Source of the DNA: Eledone cirrhosa
Taxonomy: Eukaryota
DNA length: 64,000 nucleotides
Assembly (NCBI GenBank): GCA_964016885.1
Contig: OZ024741.1
Span: 180,668,001-180,732,000, forward strand
Reading direction: 5' to 3'
How positions within the stretch are numbered: the first letter of the stretch is position 1; the number at the start of each line of letters is the position of its first letter. Below the pieces are notes generated by a model. That model saw only the letters and a program-made list of their open reading frames with translations. It did no database searches and was not told the DNA's origin. A program made the position numbers and the translations under genes. This document shows positions 1-13,620 of this stretch, one piece after another.

Positions 1-141
1 CTTGATGAGCTTCAGAGCTTGGGAGAGATTTAAACTTTTTTTTTATTATAGTATTTGTTATTTATGGTGACTGTGTATTTTGAAGTTTCAAAACGTTCAT
101 GAAACTTAGGAGTAAGTAGTCTCTGTTAATATATTATATTG

Positions 142-383
142 CAGGGGTGGTGGAAGCGTTTCTGAATTGGGAGGAGGGGGTGGGCAAATTTGGTCAATTT
201 AGTTGAAATGATTAGTTTAGCTGTTATCAAATATCAACCAAGATATAAAAAACTTCTGATATGTGATAAACATAACATGAACATAAAACATAGCGCATGT
301 ACATCTAGATGTGTGTTTTGGTAGTTTGTGGTAAAAAATATAAATATTGGGGGAACCATGGCATCCTTGTTCCACCACCTCTG
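142..383. mobile_element. MITE with ~14-bp TIRs and apparent 5-bp TSD (hAT-like termini)
   Basis: Left end CAGGGGTGGTGGAAG; reverse complement of right end is CAGAGGTGGTGGAAC; TATTG on both flanks (137-141, 384-388). Confidence 0.65.
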
Positions 384-769
384 TATTGACTCGAAACTCA
401 GTGTATGTGTCCTTCATTCCATTTTTATCTAGTGTGTTTATTACACAAACCCCATAAAACAAGCATTTATATGTTATATTAGGTTTAGTCAGTGGAACAT
501 GGTAAAATAATGGGACAGAAATGACAGGAAAGAAAAAACATAGAAAATATAAAATATGTGGGTCACCTTGAATTACAAAATCTAAGTTTAATTTAATGAT
601 TCTTCTAGATGCTATAGGGGAAGGGTGAAGGGATTATCAGTGTAGATAGAGTTAACCTCTTTACATTGAGCCATGTAACTATGAAGTCATTTTTTGGTTT
701 CGGTAATTTCATTTTCTTGTGTCAGCAATGAAACTAGGTCATCTTGTCAACACCATTGCTGGACTTTAT

Positions 770-1280
770 CACAAATACACATCCGCACATACATACACAT
801 ACACATACATACATAAACACACATATACACATACACACACATACGCACCCATACACACTTACACACACCCACACATATACAAACACATATACACAAACAT
901 ACATTCTAAACCCATGCTAGCGTGGAAGATAGCAACGTTGATGATGATGATACATGCACACCCATAAGTAGAAACACCCACTCACCCACACATACATGCA
1001 TAAACACATACACACAAACAGACACATCACACACACATAAGTACAAACATACACACACACATACATGTGCACACATATATACACACAGATGCAAGCACAC
1101 ACACACATGTATATGCACAAACACAAACACACCGACACATAAACACAGTTGTACATACAAACACAAACAGCCACACACACATACAACCCCCCCCCCACAC
1201 ACACCCACACACACACACATACACACACATGAACACACGCAGACACACATACATATATGCAAACGCACAAATACATCCTC
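770..1280. repeat. Degenerate (CA)n/(TACA)n microsatellite field
   Basis: Direct reading; source of spurious HT/CV-rich ORFs. Confidence 0.9.
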
Positions 1281-1514
1281 ACATCCAAGCCATTCAACTA
1301 ACTAATAAGACAAGTCTTCTTCACTCTCTCCCTAGTTTTGTCTTTCTCCCACCTCTACTACAATATTTTCTCAACCCCCACCCATATAGGAATCCTCACT
1401 CAAACATATTTGGTGCAAAACATTACCTCCTCCTCCTCTCTTATGGGGGATATATACTGCCCTCCCACTAAATCATCATAATAATCATCCTCATCATCAT
1501 TATTTTACTCCTGT

Positions 1515-1702
1515 GGCGGTGGATTGGCAGTATCGGTAGAGGGTCGGACGCCATGCTTTGATGCATAGAGTTACGGCCCTTGCCATTCTGAGTTCAAATC
1601 CCGCCGAGGTTAACTTTGCCTTTCATCCTTACGGGGTCGATAAAATAAAGTACCAGTAATGCACTGGGTAATTGCTGGCCTTGTGCCAAAAAGTAGAAAC
1701 AA
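1515..1702 (+). mobile_element. tRNA-derived SINE (dominant family in window)
   Basis: A-box-like TGGCAGTATCGG, B-box GAGTTCAAATCC, central GCCTTTCATCCT..GGTCGATAAAATAAAGTACCAG; ~15-bp TSD TTATTTTACTC(C/T)TGT; many near-identical copies in window. Confidence 0.9.
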
Positions 1703-3271
1703 TTATTTTACTCTTGTGGCCACTTTTCATTATGGCATGGGTTTGACCGGTTGTCTGGTCCAATATTTGACAGTCTGGATGGACTTCATCTTGCTCATTC
1801 ATTCTATATCTGACATCGCTTCTATAACTGGATGCTCTGCTAACCACCTTACAGAATGTTATTTATAGAGTGTACTGGGTGTATTTTATCATAGCACCAA
1901 TACTAGAAAGGTCATCATATTCTTAGCAAAATTGGAGGGTCCTCTCTACCCCTTTATTGTCTCTATATGATTGCTAGCCATTTCACAGAGTCTGCCAGGT
2001 GCACTCCATCATGGTACTAACACTAGAGAGGTTGTCTGGTATGACAGGGCCAGTGTGTCACTCTATGCTGTCTCAGTCTGCTCACCCACTGTTTTACTAT
2101 GTGGGTGGGTACTAAGTGCATTCCATTGTGGCGCCACCACACAGGAGATTGGCTCATCCACTGCTGGCTAAAGAGTGCACTCCACTTTAGATAGTCTCAT
2201 CACATGTACTTTTAGTGTTGCAAAGCTTGTACTGCTTTTTAAATTTTTAGGTACAATTTTGGGTAATGACCAAAAGAATACAATCATGAATACAAGCGGC
2301 TGAAATGGAGTTCCTCCAAAGGGTCTTTGGAGTAATGTTACTCGATAGAGTGTGTAGCTCAGAGATCAGAGAGTCACTCCAAGTAAAGCTGCTATTTCTC
2401 TGAATTGAGAGATCACAGCTCTGATACTATGGGCATGTGGTTAGAATGCCTCAGCAAAGAATCGCTGGATAGATTTTATGAGCAATGCCAACAGGCAGGA
2501 GACCCAGGGGTAGGCCCCAAGCAAGATGGTTGGATAAAATCCATGAATTTGACTGGTCTCGCTTGGGGATCTTGCCAGATCAGTTGGAGATGGTTGCTTC
2601 TGACAGGACCTGCTGGAAGAAGTGTTTCAGGATTCTTCCTCCATGATCCTCTCAGAATTAAGTTGGCAAAGACTAAGAAGAAGGTACCATTTTGGTGGAA
2701 AGAAAGTCAGTTATATTTACACCAGTACATAACTGGTATATTATTTTATCAACTCCAGAAGGGTGAAAGACAAAGTTGATGATGATAATCATCATTTTTA
2801 CATCCAATTTTCTGTGCTTCCATAGATTGGATGAATCCTTTACAGCACAGTGTCTCTCCACTTGTCTCCTTCTTTTGCCATCTCCTTTGTAAAGTTCAGC
2901 ATCCTGAGATTAGCTTTTATCACTTGTCTTATTTCTACCACATTTTTTCCACTTGGAATTCCTGGTGCTTCTTCACCTAATGATCATTCATATTTTTACT
3001 CTGCGCTTTCTTTGCACCAGTGAAGACAGCTCTGTGTGTCTTGAGTACATGTAGTATTTTGTTTTGGTTCTATTATATTGACAATTCTGTGCACAATGTG
3101 TGCACATTGCCATTGGGGTTTTGGGAATATGCATTTAGCTATTCTTCACCTAATAGTCATCGTCCATACATATTACATGTTTCTATCAGTGCAACCTTTT
3201 CTTTCATACACACAGCAACCACTTTCTTTTATATCCAGTTTTTCTCTCAACTCACCTGTGCTGTGTTTTTT

Positions 3272-3457
3272 GGTGGATTGGCAGTATTGGTAGAGGGTCG
3301 GACGCCATGCTTTGATGCATAGAGTTACGGCCCTTGCCATTCTGAGTTCAAATCCAGCTGAGGTTAAATTTGCCTTTCATCCTTATGGGGTCGATAAAAT
3401 AAAGTACCAGTAATACACTGGGTAATTGCTAGCCTTGTGCCAAAAGTAGAAACAATT
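3272..3457 (+). mobile_element. SINE, same family as 1515
   Basis: Near-identical to 1515-1702. Confidence 0.9.
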
Positions 3458-3562
3458 AATAAGGGTGCCAAATTATTGATTTTGTCTTTGCTATTATAGA
3501 ATATAGTTATTGATTTCTAATTTTGGCACAAGGCTGGAAAATTTGGGAGAAATACAAAGTAG

Positions 3563-3779
3563 ATTAACCTTTTAGCATTTAAACCGGTTGTATCCGGTCA
3601 GAAATCTCTCACCTCTTTTTGTTTAAACCAGCTGTAACTGGCCACTCATACTGATGTTAAGGTATTGTTCTCAAAATAAATAATATCAAAATCTCTTAGA
3701 TTTGATATTATGTGAGGTAAAGCCTTTACTGCAAAAATACAATAGTATATATAGAGCAATGTAAATACTAACGGGTTAA
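3563..3779. mobile_element. TTAA-flanked (piggyBac-type) MITE nested in an older minus-strand SINE
   Basis: TTAACCTTTTAGCATTT...AAATACTAACGGGTTAA; reverse-complement similarity to 5250-5470; SINE halves on either side (~3515-3562, ~3780-3935). Confidence 0.7.
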
Positions 3780-4342
3780 ATCAAATCCAGTACTTGACTG
3801 GTACTTTATTTTATCAACCTTGGAAGGATGAAAGAAAAGAAATGACCTTGGTGGTATTTGAATCCACAATGTAATGAACCAATACAAATACCTCATGGTA
3901 TTTTATCTAACATTCTACCAATTCTGCCAATCCACTGTCCTGTTATAGACTTCAATTATTGCTTTCCCAACTATGTGATATATTTTCCCTTTTTTTCCCT
4001 TTGTTTTATATCTTTATAGCAACATAGCAATACTTCTCATTATAAGGCTGCATACAGATAGTTCTCTGGTGTTGCAAGCATTCACACAGAAAGGCTGTCT
4101 TTGCTAGTTTTATGCAGTCAGGCATTCATCATTAGCGGTGGTATCAATTGTTAGGTCAATGAACCATGTAGAGACATGAGCCATACATAGCTCTTCAATT
4201 ACCTACTGTAATCATATTGATTTTTTTTTTCTTCAGTGTTAACTTTATTAATGAAGAAATTGATATATGGCACAATATGAATGCAATATGCCTATGCAAA
4301 TGTGTCTGTACTTTTGAATGTATATAACCTTGGTATAAATAA

Positions 4343-4530
4343 TTGTTTCTACTTTTTGGCACAAGGCCAGCAATTACCCAGCGCATTACTGGTACTTTAT
4401 TTTATCAACAACGTAAGGATGAAAGGCAAAGTTAACCTCGGCAGGATTTGAACTCAGATCATAAAGGGACGTAACTCTATGCTTCAAAGCATGGTGTCTG
4501 ACTCTCTACCGATACTGCCAATCCACCGCC
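4343..4530 (-). mobile_element. SINE, same family as 1515
   Basis: Reverse complement of 1515 family; TSD-like CCTTG(G)TATAAATAAT on both sides. Confidence 0.88.
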
Positions 4531-5007
4531 CTTGTATAAATAATGTGTCAGTTTGCATCTGTTCCACTTGCTCTCTCTCTATCTCTATATGCCCCCCCCC
4601 ACCCTCTCTTTTTTTTCTCTCTCCATGCTTTGTGGTATAAAGTTATGGCCTTTTATGTTCAGAATTCAAATTCTGCCAAGGTTAGCTTTGCCTTTCATCC
4701 TTATGGGGACAATAAAATAAAGTACCAGTAATACACTGAGGTCGATTTAATCGACTTTCATCCTTCCCTTCAAATTGTTGACCTTGTCCCAAATGTAGAA
4801 ACAAATAATATTATAGGATTTTTATGCCCGTGGGCATAACAATTTTATGATAATATCAACACTACTTTATATAAGTACTAAGTTGAATAAAATCTTACTG
4901 GTTTAATTTCTCTATCTGTATATATATATATAGCCGTCGAAATGGCTTGAGCTCTGCTGTCGGGGTTAAACATTTTCCTATATATATATATGTATGTGTG
5001 TGTGTGT

Positions 5008-5192
5008 AATAATTGTTTCTACTTTTGGCACAAGGCCAGCAATTATCCCAGTGAATTACTGGTACTTTATTTTATCGACCCTGTAAGGATGAAAGGCAAA
5101 GTTAACCTCGGCAGAATTTGAACTCAGACTGCAAAGGGCCATAACTTTATACTGCAAAGCATGGCGTCTGACCCTTTACCGATACTGCCATA
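5008..5192 (-). mobile_element. SINE, same family as 1515
   Basis: Reverse complement match. Confidence 0.85.
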
Positions 5193-5249
5193 ATAGGTGG
5201 TTCAGTAGATTCATGGTTTGCTGAGGTGGGTACCAAAATTAGACCTTAA

Positions 5250-5470
5250 CCCTTTAGCATTCACATTACTCTATATTTACTATTGTATTTTCATGGTAAA
5301 TGTTTTATCTCACATAATTATTTCACATAATATCGAATCTATGAGATTTTGATATTATTTATTTTGAGAACAATACCTTAGCATCAGTATGTGTGGTAGG
5401 TTACAGCTGGTTTGAACAGAAAGAGGTGAAAGAATTCTGGCCGGATATGGCTGGTTTAAATGCTAAAGGG
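5250..5470. mobile_element. piggyBac-type MITE (TTAA TSD, CCCTTTAGCATT TIR)
   Basis: TTAA|CCCTTTAGCATT ... AATGCTAAAGGG|TTAA; related copies at ~3563 and ~9690-9931; other TTAA/CCC-ended MITE-like pieces at ~16478-16705 and ending ~28952. Confidence 0.8.
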
Positions 5471-5497
5471 TTAATGTGAAGCCTCGCTTTGTATTCA

Positions 5498-5530
<33 letters not shown>

Positions 5531-5555
5531 GGGTGGGGTGGGGGTGGTAAGTGTG

Positions 5556-5604
<49 letters not shown>

Positions 5605-6440
5605 CTAGCCACCCCCTCCAACTGCAGTCACAAATTGGATGGTCTGAAAATGATAGACATTAACACTGTGGCAATATTAATTGCCATTAAACTTTCCATA
5701 TTACACTTTGGAATAGTAACTTTAGACTGTATGTTAAAAGTTGAGAGAGCAGCAACATTATATGGAGGGATTGGCAAACCAACATTAAAACAGCAACAAC
5801 AAACACAACCGTTAACACAATAGCAACCGAACAACAACACTGGCAACATTTTTCTCTTGAAGAAATGTCACAGATTTCATTTGAAGAGCAATACAAAAAA
5901 AAAAGAAAAAGTATACCACATTTTGCCCAGGCCAACACCTAGATATTTAGTAACTAAGGCTAGTCTATAATGTGTTCCTCTTTCTCCTAGCTATGTCAGA
6001 CCTGTCAACTCTCCCCTTCGATGGGGAGATCTCCCACCCACTTTGGGTAGGTGAGAGATGTCTTCTCTTGTGAAAACGGGTAAAACTTTCATTATGTAAA
6101 ATATCCCAATTTTGCCCCATTTCTCCCCATTTTGAGGCACTTTTTTTCATGGTACTCCCTGTTTGGGTTTTTAGAGGTTGGCAGGTCTGCTATGCATTCC
6201 ATTCTCCCAAATAAAATAATTTCAATTTACAGTTTGGCAAGCTGACAAACACTTGTTGAGACTTGTGTAGAAACTTACTAAACTTGCATTTTCTACTACA
6301 CAGTTCAGTCACCCATGACAAATCATATTACTGATCATTAATCCACCACTTTGGATATTTCCACTATGCTGTTATGTGGCAAAGATGTTTAGTAATTTAT
6401 TTATTGATTGCTGGAAATAACAATTATTATCTGGATTTAT

Positions 6441-6638
6441 CCAGTAATTATTGTGGCATTCGAGACGTTTGGTGGAGTTGGGTCGCTGACTGTGAAGTTC
6501 TTGTCATCACTGGTGGCTCACCTTACTGAACTGACAGGTGATGTCCATGAGGGTGCCTGGTTGTTTCAATGCCTTAGCCTCGCCATCACTCATGGCAATG
6601 CTGTGAGGGTATTGGCTTGCCTCAAATTATTTAGTTAA
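6441..6638 (+). pseudogene. 3' relic of a restriction-like-endonuclease LINE (CRE/Hero-like)
   Basis: VAFETFGGVG..FL..L...LTELTGDVHEGAWLFQCLSLAITHGNA resembles the ET.G...TGD.RE..WL.QRLS.A.QRGNA C-terminus of CRE-type elements; second, more decayed copy at ~14460-14585. Confidence 0.7.
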
Positions 6639-7044
6639 CCCTTATGATGTGATGTGCAGCCAATTGTCACACTTGGTGGTTTATTGATGGTCGTTTTTGT
6701 TTTTGCTCTCCTTCTTTTTTCTTCTACTTTTTTTCTCTCTTTTATTTGTTTATATTTGTGTTTATCAATGTGTTTTATGTGTTTATATTTGTAATGTTGT
6801 TCTGAACGAATTGCGCACTATTTATAACATTATTTACGCATTTGTAATGTTATTTGTGTATATAACTAATAAATAGAGTAACATAGTGTTCTTTTATTCT
6901 CTTAGTCTTGTACTAGTTTCCATACTTAGGCACTGTCTTCAAGGCATTTAGTTGATCATATTGACCACTACTTATTTTTCAAACCTGGTACTCGTTTTAC
7001 TGATCTCTATTTATTGAACTGCTAAGGTATAGGTCAAACACAAA

Positions 7045-7297
7045 CAGTAAACACACACACACACATGTACATACAAACATACACACATACATACATAACA
7101 CATATGTATATACATACACACATATGTACACACATGTACATACACACATGTACACATACACACACACACAAACATGTACATACATACATATACATATATG
7201 TACATACATATACACATATGTACTCACACACGTGCATGTACATACATACATACACACATATGTACACACGTACACACACACACACACACACATATAT
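7045..7297. repeat. Compound CA/TACA microsatellite
   Basis: Direct reading. Confidence 0.9.
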
Positions 7298-7614
7298 GAC
7301 GAATTTCTGTATAGTTTTGGTCTACTGGATTTCACACAGACGACATTGGTTGGTTCTCAAGTTAAATTTTTTTTCCGTATGGATTTTTTTCATCATCAAG
7401 CAGTTTGAAATTTATATGCAGGTGAAGTTTAGCTCTCAGGCATAGGGCTCCTCAACCTTAGGCACAGGGGTTCAGAACAGATATCACAAATATCTTACAT
7501 ACTAATAGTTCTGCCAATTTACCAACCTATCAAAGAAGGCAGTAACTTCAAATAAGGACTCAAACCATAACAACCTGTACAAAACATAGCACTATGGAAT
7601 GTGAATGTAAAATA

Positions 7615-7797
7615 ATGGTTTCTAATTTAGGCACAAGGCCAACAATGTTTTGGGAGGGAAAGTTGATTAAATCAACTCCAGTGCATTATTTGTGCTTTAT
7701 TTTATCCACTTCGTAAGGATGAAAAGCAAAGCTAAGCTAAGCGTGGCGAGATTTGAACTCGGAATGTAAAGGGCTTTAACTGTATGCTGCAAAGCAA
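7615..7797 (-). mobile_element. Diverged SINE of the 1515 superfamily
   Basis: GGCACAAGGCC...AAGGATGAAAAGCAAAG...ATTTGAACTC. Confidence 0.7.
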
Positions 7798-8024
7798 ATG
7801 ATGATGATGATGATTAATAAACACTAATTATGTTATAATGAAGTGAAATATAATCAAAGCTTAAGTTTATTATATAATTGTCTTTACTTGACAGCCTGCC
7901 TCTGTCTCCCACCCACATATACTCCTACTTATTACTTCTGTTGTATTGCAGAATCAGAAGCAGGCTGTCACACACAATATATATATATGTCAGACTAACC
8001 TGGTTCTAATTTCACTGATTACTC

Positions 8025-8027
<3 letters not shown>

Positions 8028-8073
<46 letters not shown>

Positions 8074-8074
8074 A

Positions 8075-8145
<71 letters not shown>

Positions 8146-8276
8146 TCAACATATACACTCTATCTAACTGTCTGAAAAATATACACATAGGCACAGCTTC
8201 ATGCATGCATATAAGAACACACTATTTGTCTTAAAAATAAACTCATACACACATATACAATCCCTTATGCATTCAT

Positions 8277-8321
<45 letters not shown>

Positions 8322-8343
8322 ATCCCTTATGCATTCATGCACG

Positions 8344-8436
<93 letters not shown>
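8028..8436. repeat. (CT)n and (CA)n microsatellites with short local duplications
   Basis: Direct reading; CATATACAATCCCTTATGCATTCATGCAC occurs twice. Confidence 0.9.
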
Positions 8437-8437
<1 letters not shown>

Positions 8438-8796
8438 TTTCATACTCTATTTAACTGTCTCAAAAATGCACACTCACACATATGCCTGCAAATATGATTA
8501 TACACTGAAATAGATAGATATACAATAGATAGCTATACCAGTGTAGAACGAAATCATAGCAAGAAAAGGTCCCCAAAATGGGTGCAGGAACCACATCAGG
8601 AAATTTGAAACATTCCACACAATTTTGAATTACTCCCAAAACACCTTCTAGTCTTACAACCAACTCTCAGCTACATAGAGTATATGTATGAACCTGTAAC
8701 TCCTGATGGACCATAGAGGTGCTGTAGTGACATACAGCATTTTTGGAGCATTTAAAACCTAGTGGGGCCCATCCCCTCTCTGCATTTTCATAACAT

Positions 8797-9000
8797 TTAT
8801 TGAAGGGCAACACTCTTTTTTTTACCTTTATCTTCCTCATCAAGTGGCATTTGAATTAATTGATTAGATCTTGGCCAGGGAGGAAATGTTTTGTCCTCAA
8901 ACCTTTCAACTTTATCTACCACACAAGTGATTTTACTATAGCCACCAGGCAGAGGAAGATAGCTACTCTTCCTTGCCAAAGGATCATGGTGGGTCCATCT
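8797..9000 (-). CDS. Candidate terminal coding exon of an unidentified host gene (RWTHHDPLARKSSYLPLPGGYSKITCVVDKVERFEDKTFPPWPRSNQLIQMPLDEEDKGKKKSVALQ*)
   Basis: Non-repetitive open frame of 67 codons preceded on minus strand by branch-point-like GCTAAC (9026-9021) and acceptor TTTATTGCAG (9010-9001). Confidence 0.55.
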   Translation of the reverse strand, partial: RWTHHDPLARKSSYLPLPGGYSKITCVVDKVERFEDKTFPPWPRSNQLIQMPLDEEDKGKKKSVALQ

Positions 9001-10859
9001 CTGCAATAAACTAATTGGCTGTTAGCTGGATAACAGCAGCATGTGATAACAGCAAAGTAATTGAAAAGTAATGCTTCCTAATTTAAGTATCAGTCCCAAC
9101 AGATGTTGATGTATCTCTAAAAGTATCTGGGAAATTATCCACATATATAATATATCTCTCTTTAGAGATAACCTATAATATAAGCATTGAAAACAAACAC
9201 AATCCCTTTAAGAACGGGTACCTTGGGAATGATTAAAAACATGCAGATACATAACCAAAACCCCCAGGACTTAAAAATATACACAACTATGACACACCTT
9301 ATGTAAAGTATTCTCAATAAAATAGGAAACTCAAAACCAAAACAAAATACATGTATTCAAGACATACAGTCCTGTGATCAGTGGTGCAGTGAAAGCACAG
9401 AATGCAAATATAGATGATGATCATGAGGTGAAGAAATACAGGAAATCTAAGAGGAAGGAATATGTGGTAGTGGTAGGTTGAGGAGAATTTATGCAGAGGT
9501 GGGGGAAGGCAACCTCAGGATGCTGAATCTCACAAAGGAGATGTCAGAAGATGTGCAACAAGTGGAGAAATGCGAGGCTGGTGAAAACTTGTCCAACCTA
9601 TGCATGCATGAAAAAATGGACATGGAAAGGATGATGAAGAGAATACATGGTTTAAAAAGCATTAAAGTCTGTTCCTAGCCTTGAGGCTCATTAGCCCTAC
9701 ATTACTCTACATTAGCCCTACATTACTCTATATTTACTATTGTATTTTTGTGGTAAACACTTTACCTCACATAATTATCTCACATAATATCAAATCTATG
9801 AAATTTTGATGTTATTTATTTTGAGAACAATACCTTAACATCAGTATGAGTGGTCAATTACAGCCTGTTTGAACACAAAAGGGTGAGAGAATTCTGGCCA
9901 GATATGCTGGGTTTAAATGCTAAGGGGTTAAGCCAGAGCTTAAAAAGTTAAAGTCGGTCCCAAGCTCTGTGGCTCATCATGCCAGAACTTATCCTGGTTC
10001 CTTTAGTATTAAGTGACTAAAAATACCAGACTCCCCTCACTGAGGTAGAGTCTGCTACTCCATTGAGGGGTGAAACCCAAGCTGTTACTGGTACTCATTT
10101 TAAACTGAGTAGACTGATAAAAGGTGAATTGAACCTATGACCTTAAGATTGTGAACCCAGCACTGTAACCAGTAGGCCGTTCACCTTCACTGGATAGACA
10201 CCAAATCATTTTGATTTTTGAAAAAAAAATTCTAGTTATATTCTTTGCAATGAGTATTCTTTTGATACCTTATAATAGCACCATTTTGATAATAGATCTA
10301 TTTTTATCTGCAATCATTATATTGTTAGTTCATATTGTTTTTTAGTAAGTTAAACAAAACCATCAGAGCTGATAACTTTGCTCGTTAGTAACCTTTTTTT
10401 TATTTTTGTAATACTTGTAATATACACACACAGACACACAACTACTTATATACACACGTTGACATACATACACATGCAGGCACACTACATATTTATATAC
10501 ATGCATCGACATCCACACACACATATATATATATTTATATATATATGTGTGTGTGTGTGTATATGTACATACATACATGTTGAGAGATATATGCATACAC
10601 TACATGCTTATGCTTACATATAAATTCTTACATCGACTGTTGTGCCTGTTATGTTAGAATTTATCTGAGGGGTGGTGAGGGCTGGTTAACAGTTTAAATA
10701 TTTTTGCAGGATTCTGAGATAAAAAGTGACCAAAATATATGCTTTGATAATTTTTTATTGTTTTTATTTAACTATTACTTTCTGTAAATTCAAACATGCA
10801 CACACTCATACACATAAACACACACACATACTCACACACACACAAACACGCACACTGTT

Positions 10860-10912
<53 letters not shown>

Positions 10913-11399
10913 ATGACTATCATTTTCAATGTTTCACCAATGGCACCAAGTTATCAAAAGAGTTTTGATAAGCCTTGAAACCTTGAAGTAACCAGTCACT
11001 ATTAAGAAATCTTTCTAACACTGGCACAGGGCCAGCAATTTGTTGTTGTTGTTGTTGTTGTTGCACCAGGAAGGGCATCTGGACATAAGATAATGCCTTT
11101 AAAAAAAGCAACCCACCCCCCACCTTCGCCCCCATCCCGTATGAGTTGTATGTAGTTGTGGTTGTTGTTGTTGTTGTTGTTTTGTAAGTAGATGTTTTAT
11201 AGATATCCATTGTACTGAGAGAAAATTACAAAATCCATTAGTGATGGATTCTAAAATGAAAATAGCTCTTTTCTGTTTTATTTTGTTGTTTTTGTGTCTG
11301 CAATTGGGGAATAATTTCACTAAGAAAGGATTCTTTGCTGAATTTTCTTCTTTCTGTAACAGCTGTTGTTACAATAATACTGCATTTGCACAATATGTT

Positions 11400-11890
11400 T
11401 GCTCAATATATATGTAGGTATATTTATATATGTATGTGTGTGTATATTTATTTATACATATATATGTATAGATGTGACTGTATGTATATATATATGCATG
11501 TATATATGTATATATAGATATATATGTATGTGTGTGTATATATATATATGTACACACATATACATATATATCTATACATACATATATACATGCATATATA
11601 TACATGCAGTCATATCTATATGTATATATAGATATATATGTATGTGTGTATATATATATGTACACACATATACGTATATATCTATACATACATATATACA
11701 TGCATATATATACATGCAGTCATATCTATATGTATATATAGATATATATGTATGTGTGTATATATATATATGTACACACATATACGTATATATCTATACA
11801 TACATATATACATGCATATATATACATACAGTCATATCTATACACATATAGATATATATATTACATGCATATATATATATGTGTATGTAT
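11400..11890. repeat. Composite ~100-bp minisatellite built from TA/TACA repeats, with an inverted first unit
   Basis: Marker CAGTCATATCTATA recurs at ~11607, ~11717, ~11829; its reverse-complement-like TAGATGTGACTG is at ~11468. Confidence 0.75.
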
Positions 11891-12235
11891 GAGTTTATGT
11901 GTTTTTTTTGTGTATGTATCCACTATCCTACTTTCTAATCTTGGTTGTGTTTTTATTTATGCAGAGTGCTACAGCAAAGTGAGATCTTGGTAGCAACAAT
12001 GAAGTATTGAATAGTTTTAATGGAAATTTCTATGTAGACAAGTGTATCTCTTTTCAGCACGACCCTTCTCTCTCTCTTTCACATGCTTTGTTGTTGAAGA
12101 TCTCCAATACAAAGGGACTGAAGGCTGGTAACTAAATATCAACATGATAGATTGCTTGAAATTTGTTGGATATCTAATCTATTAATATCAGACTTGGAAT
12201 GAGGGCTATTTGTCTAGATTTGTTTCAACATCTTT

Positions 12236-13620
12236 ATCATCATCATCATCATCATGATTTTACGTCTGCTTTTCCATGTTTATATGGCTTGGACAGGTCC
12301 TTTCCAGCACAACACACTAATACTTGTAGTGTTCCTTCATCTTCTCTCTGTGAGAGTGTTCCTTTGTCCTATCCTCTGTGGGGTTCACTGTTGTGAGATT
12401 AGCTCTAATCAACTCTGCCCAGATTTGACTTGGTCTTCCACTACTGCAGATTCCTTCTTCTGGCATGTCCTGGCACTTCTTCACCCAAAGACTGCCATCC
12501 ATATGCATCACATATCTAGACCAGCACAGTCCTCTCTCTTGCACACTACATCTGATTCCTCTTATCCCTAATTTTTTCTCTCAGTTCATCCATGCCCTTG
12601 TTGTTGATGCAAACTATTACACTTCCAGCAGAGCATGCTCACTTCATTTCTCTCCAGCCTCCATATATCCTCTACATTTACTGCCCATGTCTCATTTCCA
12701 TGCAACATCACACTTCTCATACAGGCATCATACAATGTACCCTTTGCTCATAGAAAAAAATCCCTTTGTTATGAAGAGCTTGATATTTTTCTTGCTACTT
12801 TGCTTTCAGAGAAATTCCCTCAACTGTTAATCAAGTCACCTAAATAACAGAAACTATCAACTACTTCTATAATACCTTCTTAAGATTACGAAATGTTTAT
12901 TTCACTGCTGCTCTTACTACCCACTATTCCTGTGAATCTGCCACATATGAAGTCAATCATTTCTGTTAGTCTGCCTACAATTCTTTATACCTTTTATACC
13001 TTACATTAGGTACATTGTATAGAGTTTTTACCTCTCCTTTTATACATATTGAGCATAATCACTTTTCTGGTGGATCAGAGTTTTGTCCTATTTCCTACTT
13101 AGTAAAACTTTGCTAGATTTACTCTCAGCCAATTTGATCCAAATTCTGTACCCATTACAGAAATATTTACGTAAGCTCTTCCACAGATTCAGCAATAAGA
13201 AGCAAGTCATCAGCATACATATGTTCTCATGGACAACCAGGCTTATACTCATCTGTTATGACCTGAAGAACTATAATAAACAGAAGGAAGCTGATGACAG
13301 CCTTGATGAACAGCCACTTGAATTTATCACTAAACTCATAGCCTGTTCTCACTCTACAAACAGCACCTCTGAACATAGCTTGCACAGCTCTCACAAGCTA
13401 CCCATCTAAACCCAGTTTCCTTGAGACCACTAGATAACAGATTGTGGTACCCTCTCAAAGGCCTTTTCCATATCTATAAAAGCTAGGTATAGTTAACTAG
13501 AAACTTCTCTTATAGTTTTCTCATTAAGAAGGCATCTGTGGTGTTCTTTCCTGGCACAAAACTAAACTACATCTTATCTAATTTGATTCTTTCCCTAATT
13601 TGTTTTACTAAGGTGTTTCT
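12236..13620 (-). mobile_element. Old, decayed RTE LINE (3' UTR plus RT)
   Basis: (CAT)n tail at 12236; minus-strand remnants of RT (GFVPG, AFIDMEKAF, YADD-like) with many stops. Confidence 0.8.

Noticed and set aside
719-1471. Overlapping ORFs rich in H/T or C/V (also at 7.0, 8.2, 10.4, 11.4, 17.1 and 63.3 kb)
   Set aside because: Translations of CA/TG/TACA microsatellites
1515-1610. tRNA-like A/B boxes
   Set aside because: SINE heads with no cloverleaf, fused to SINE bodies in many copies
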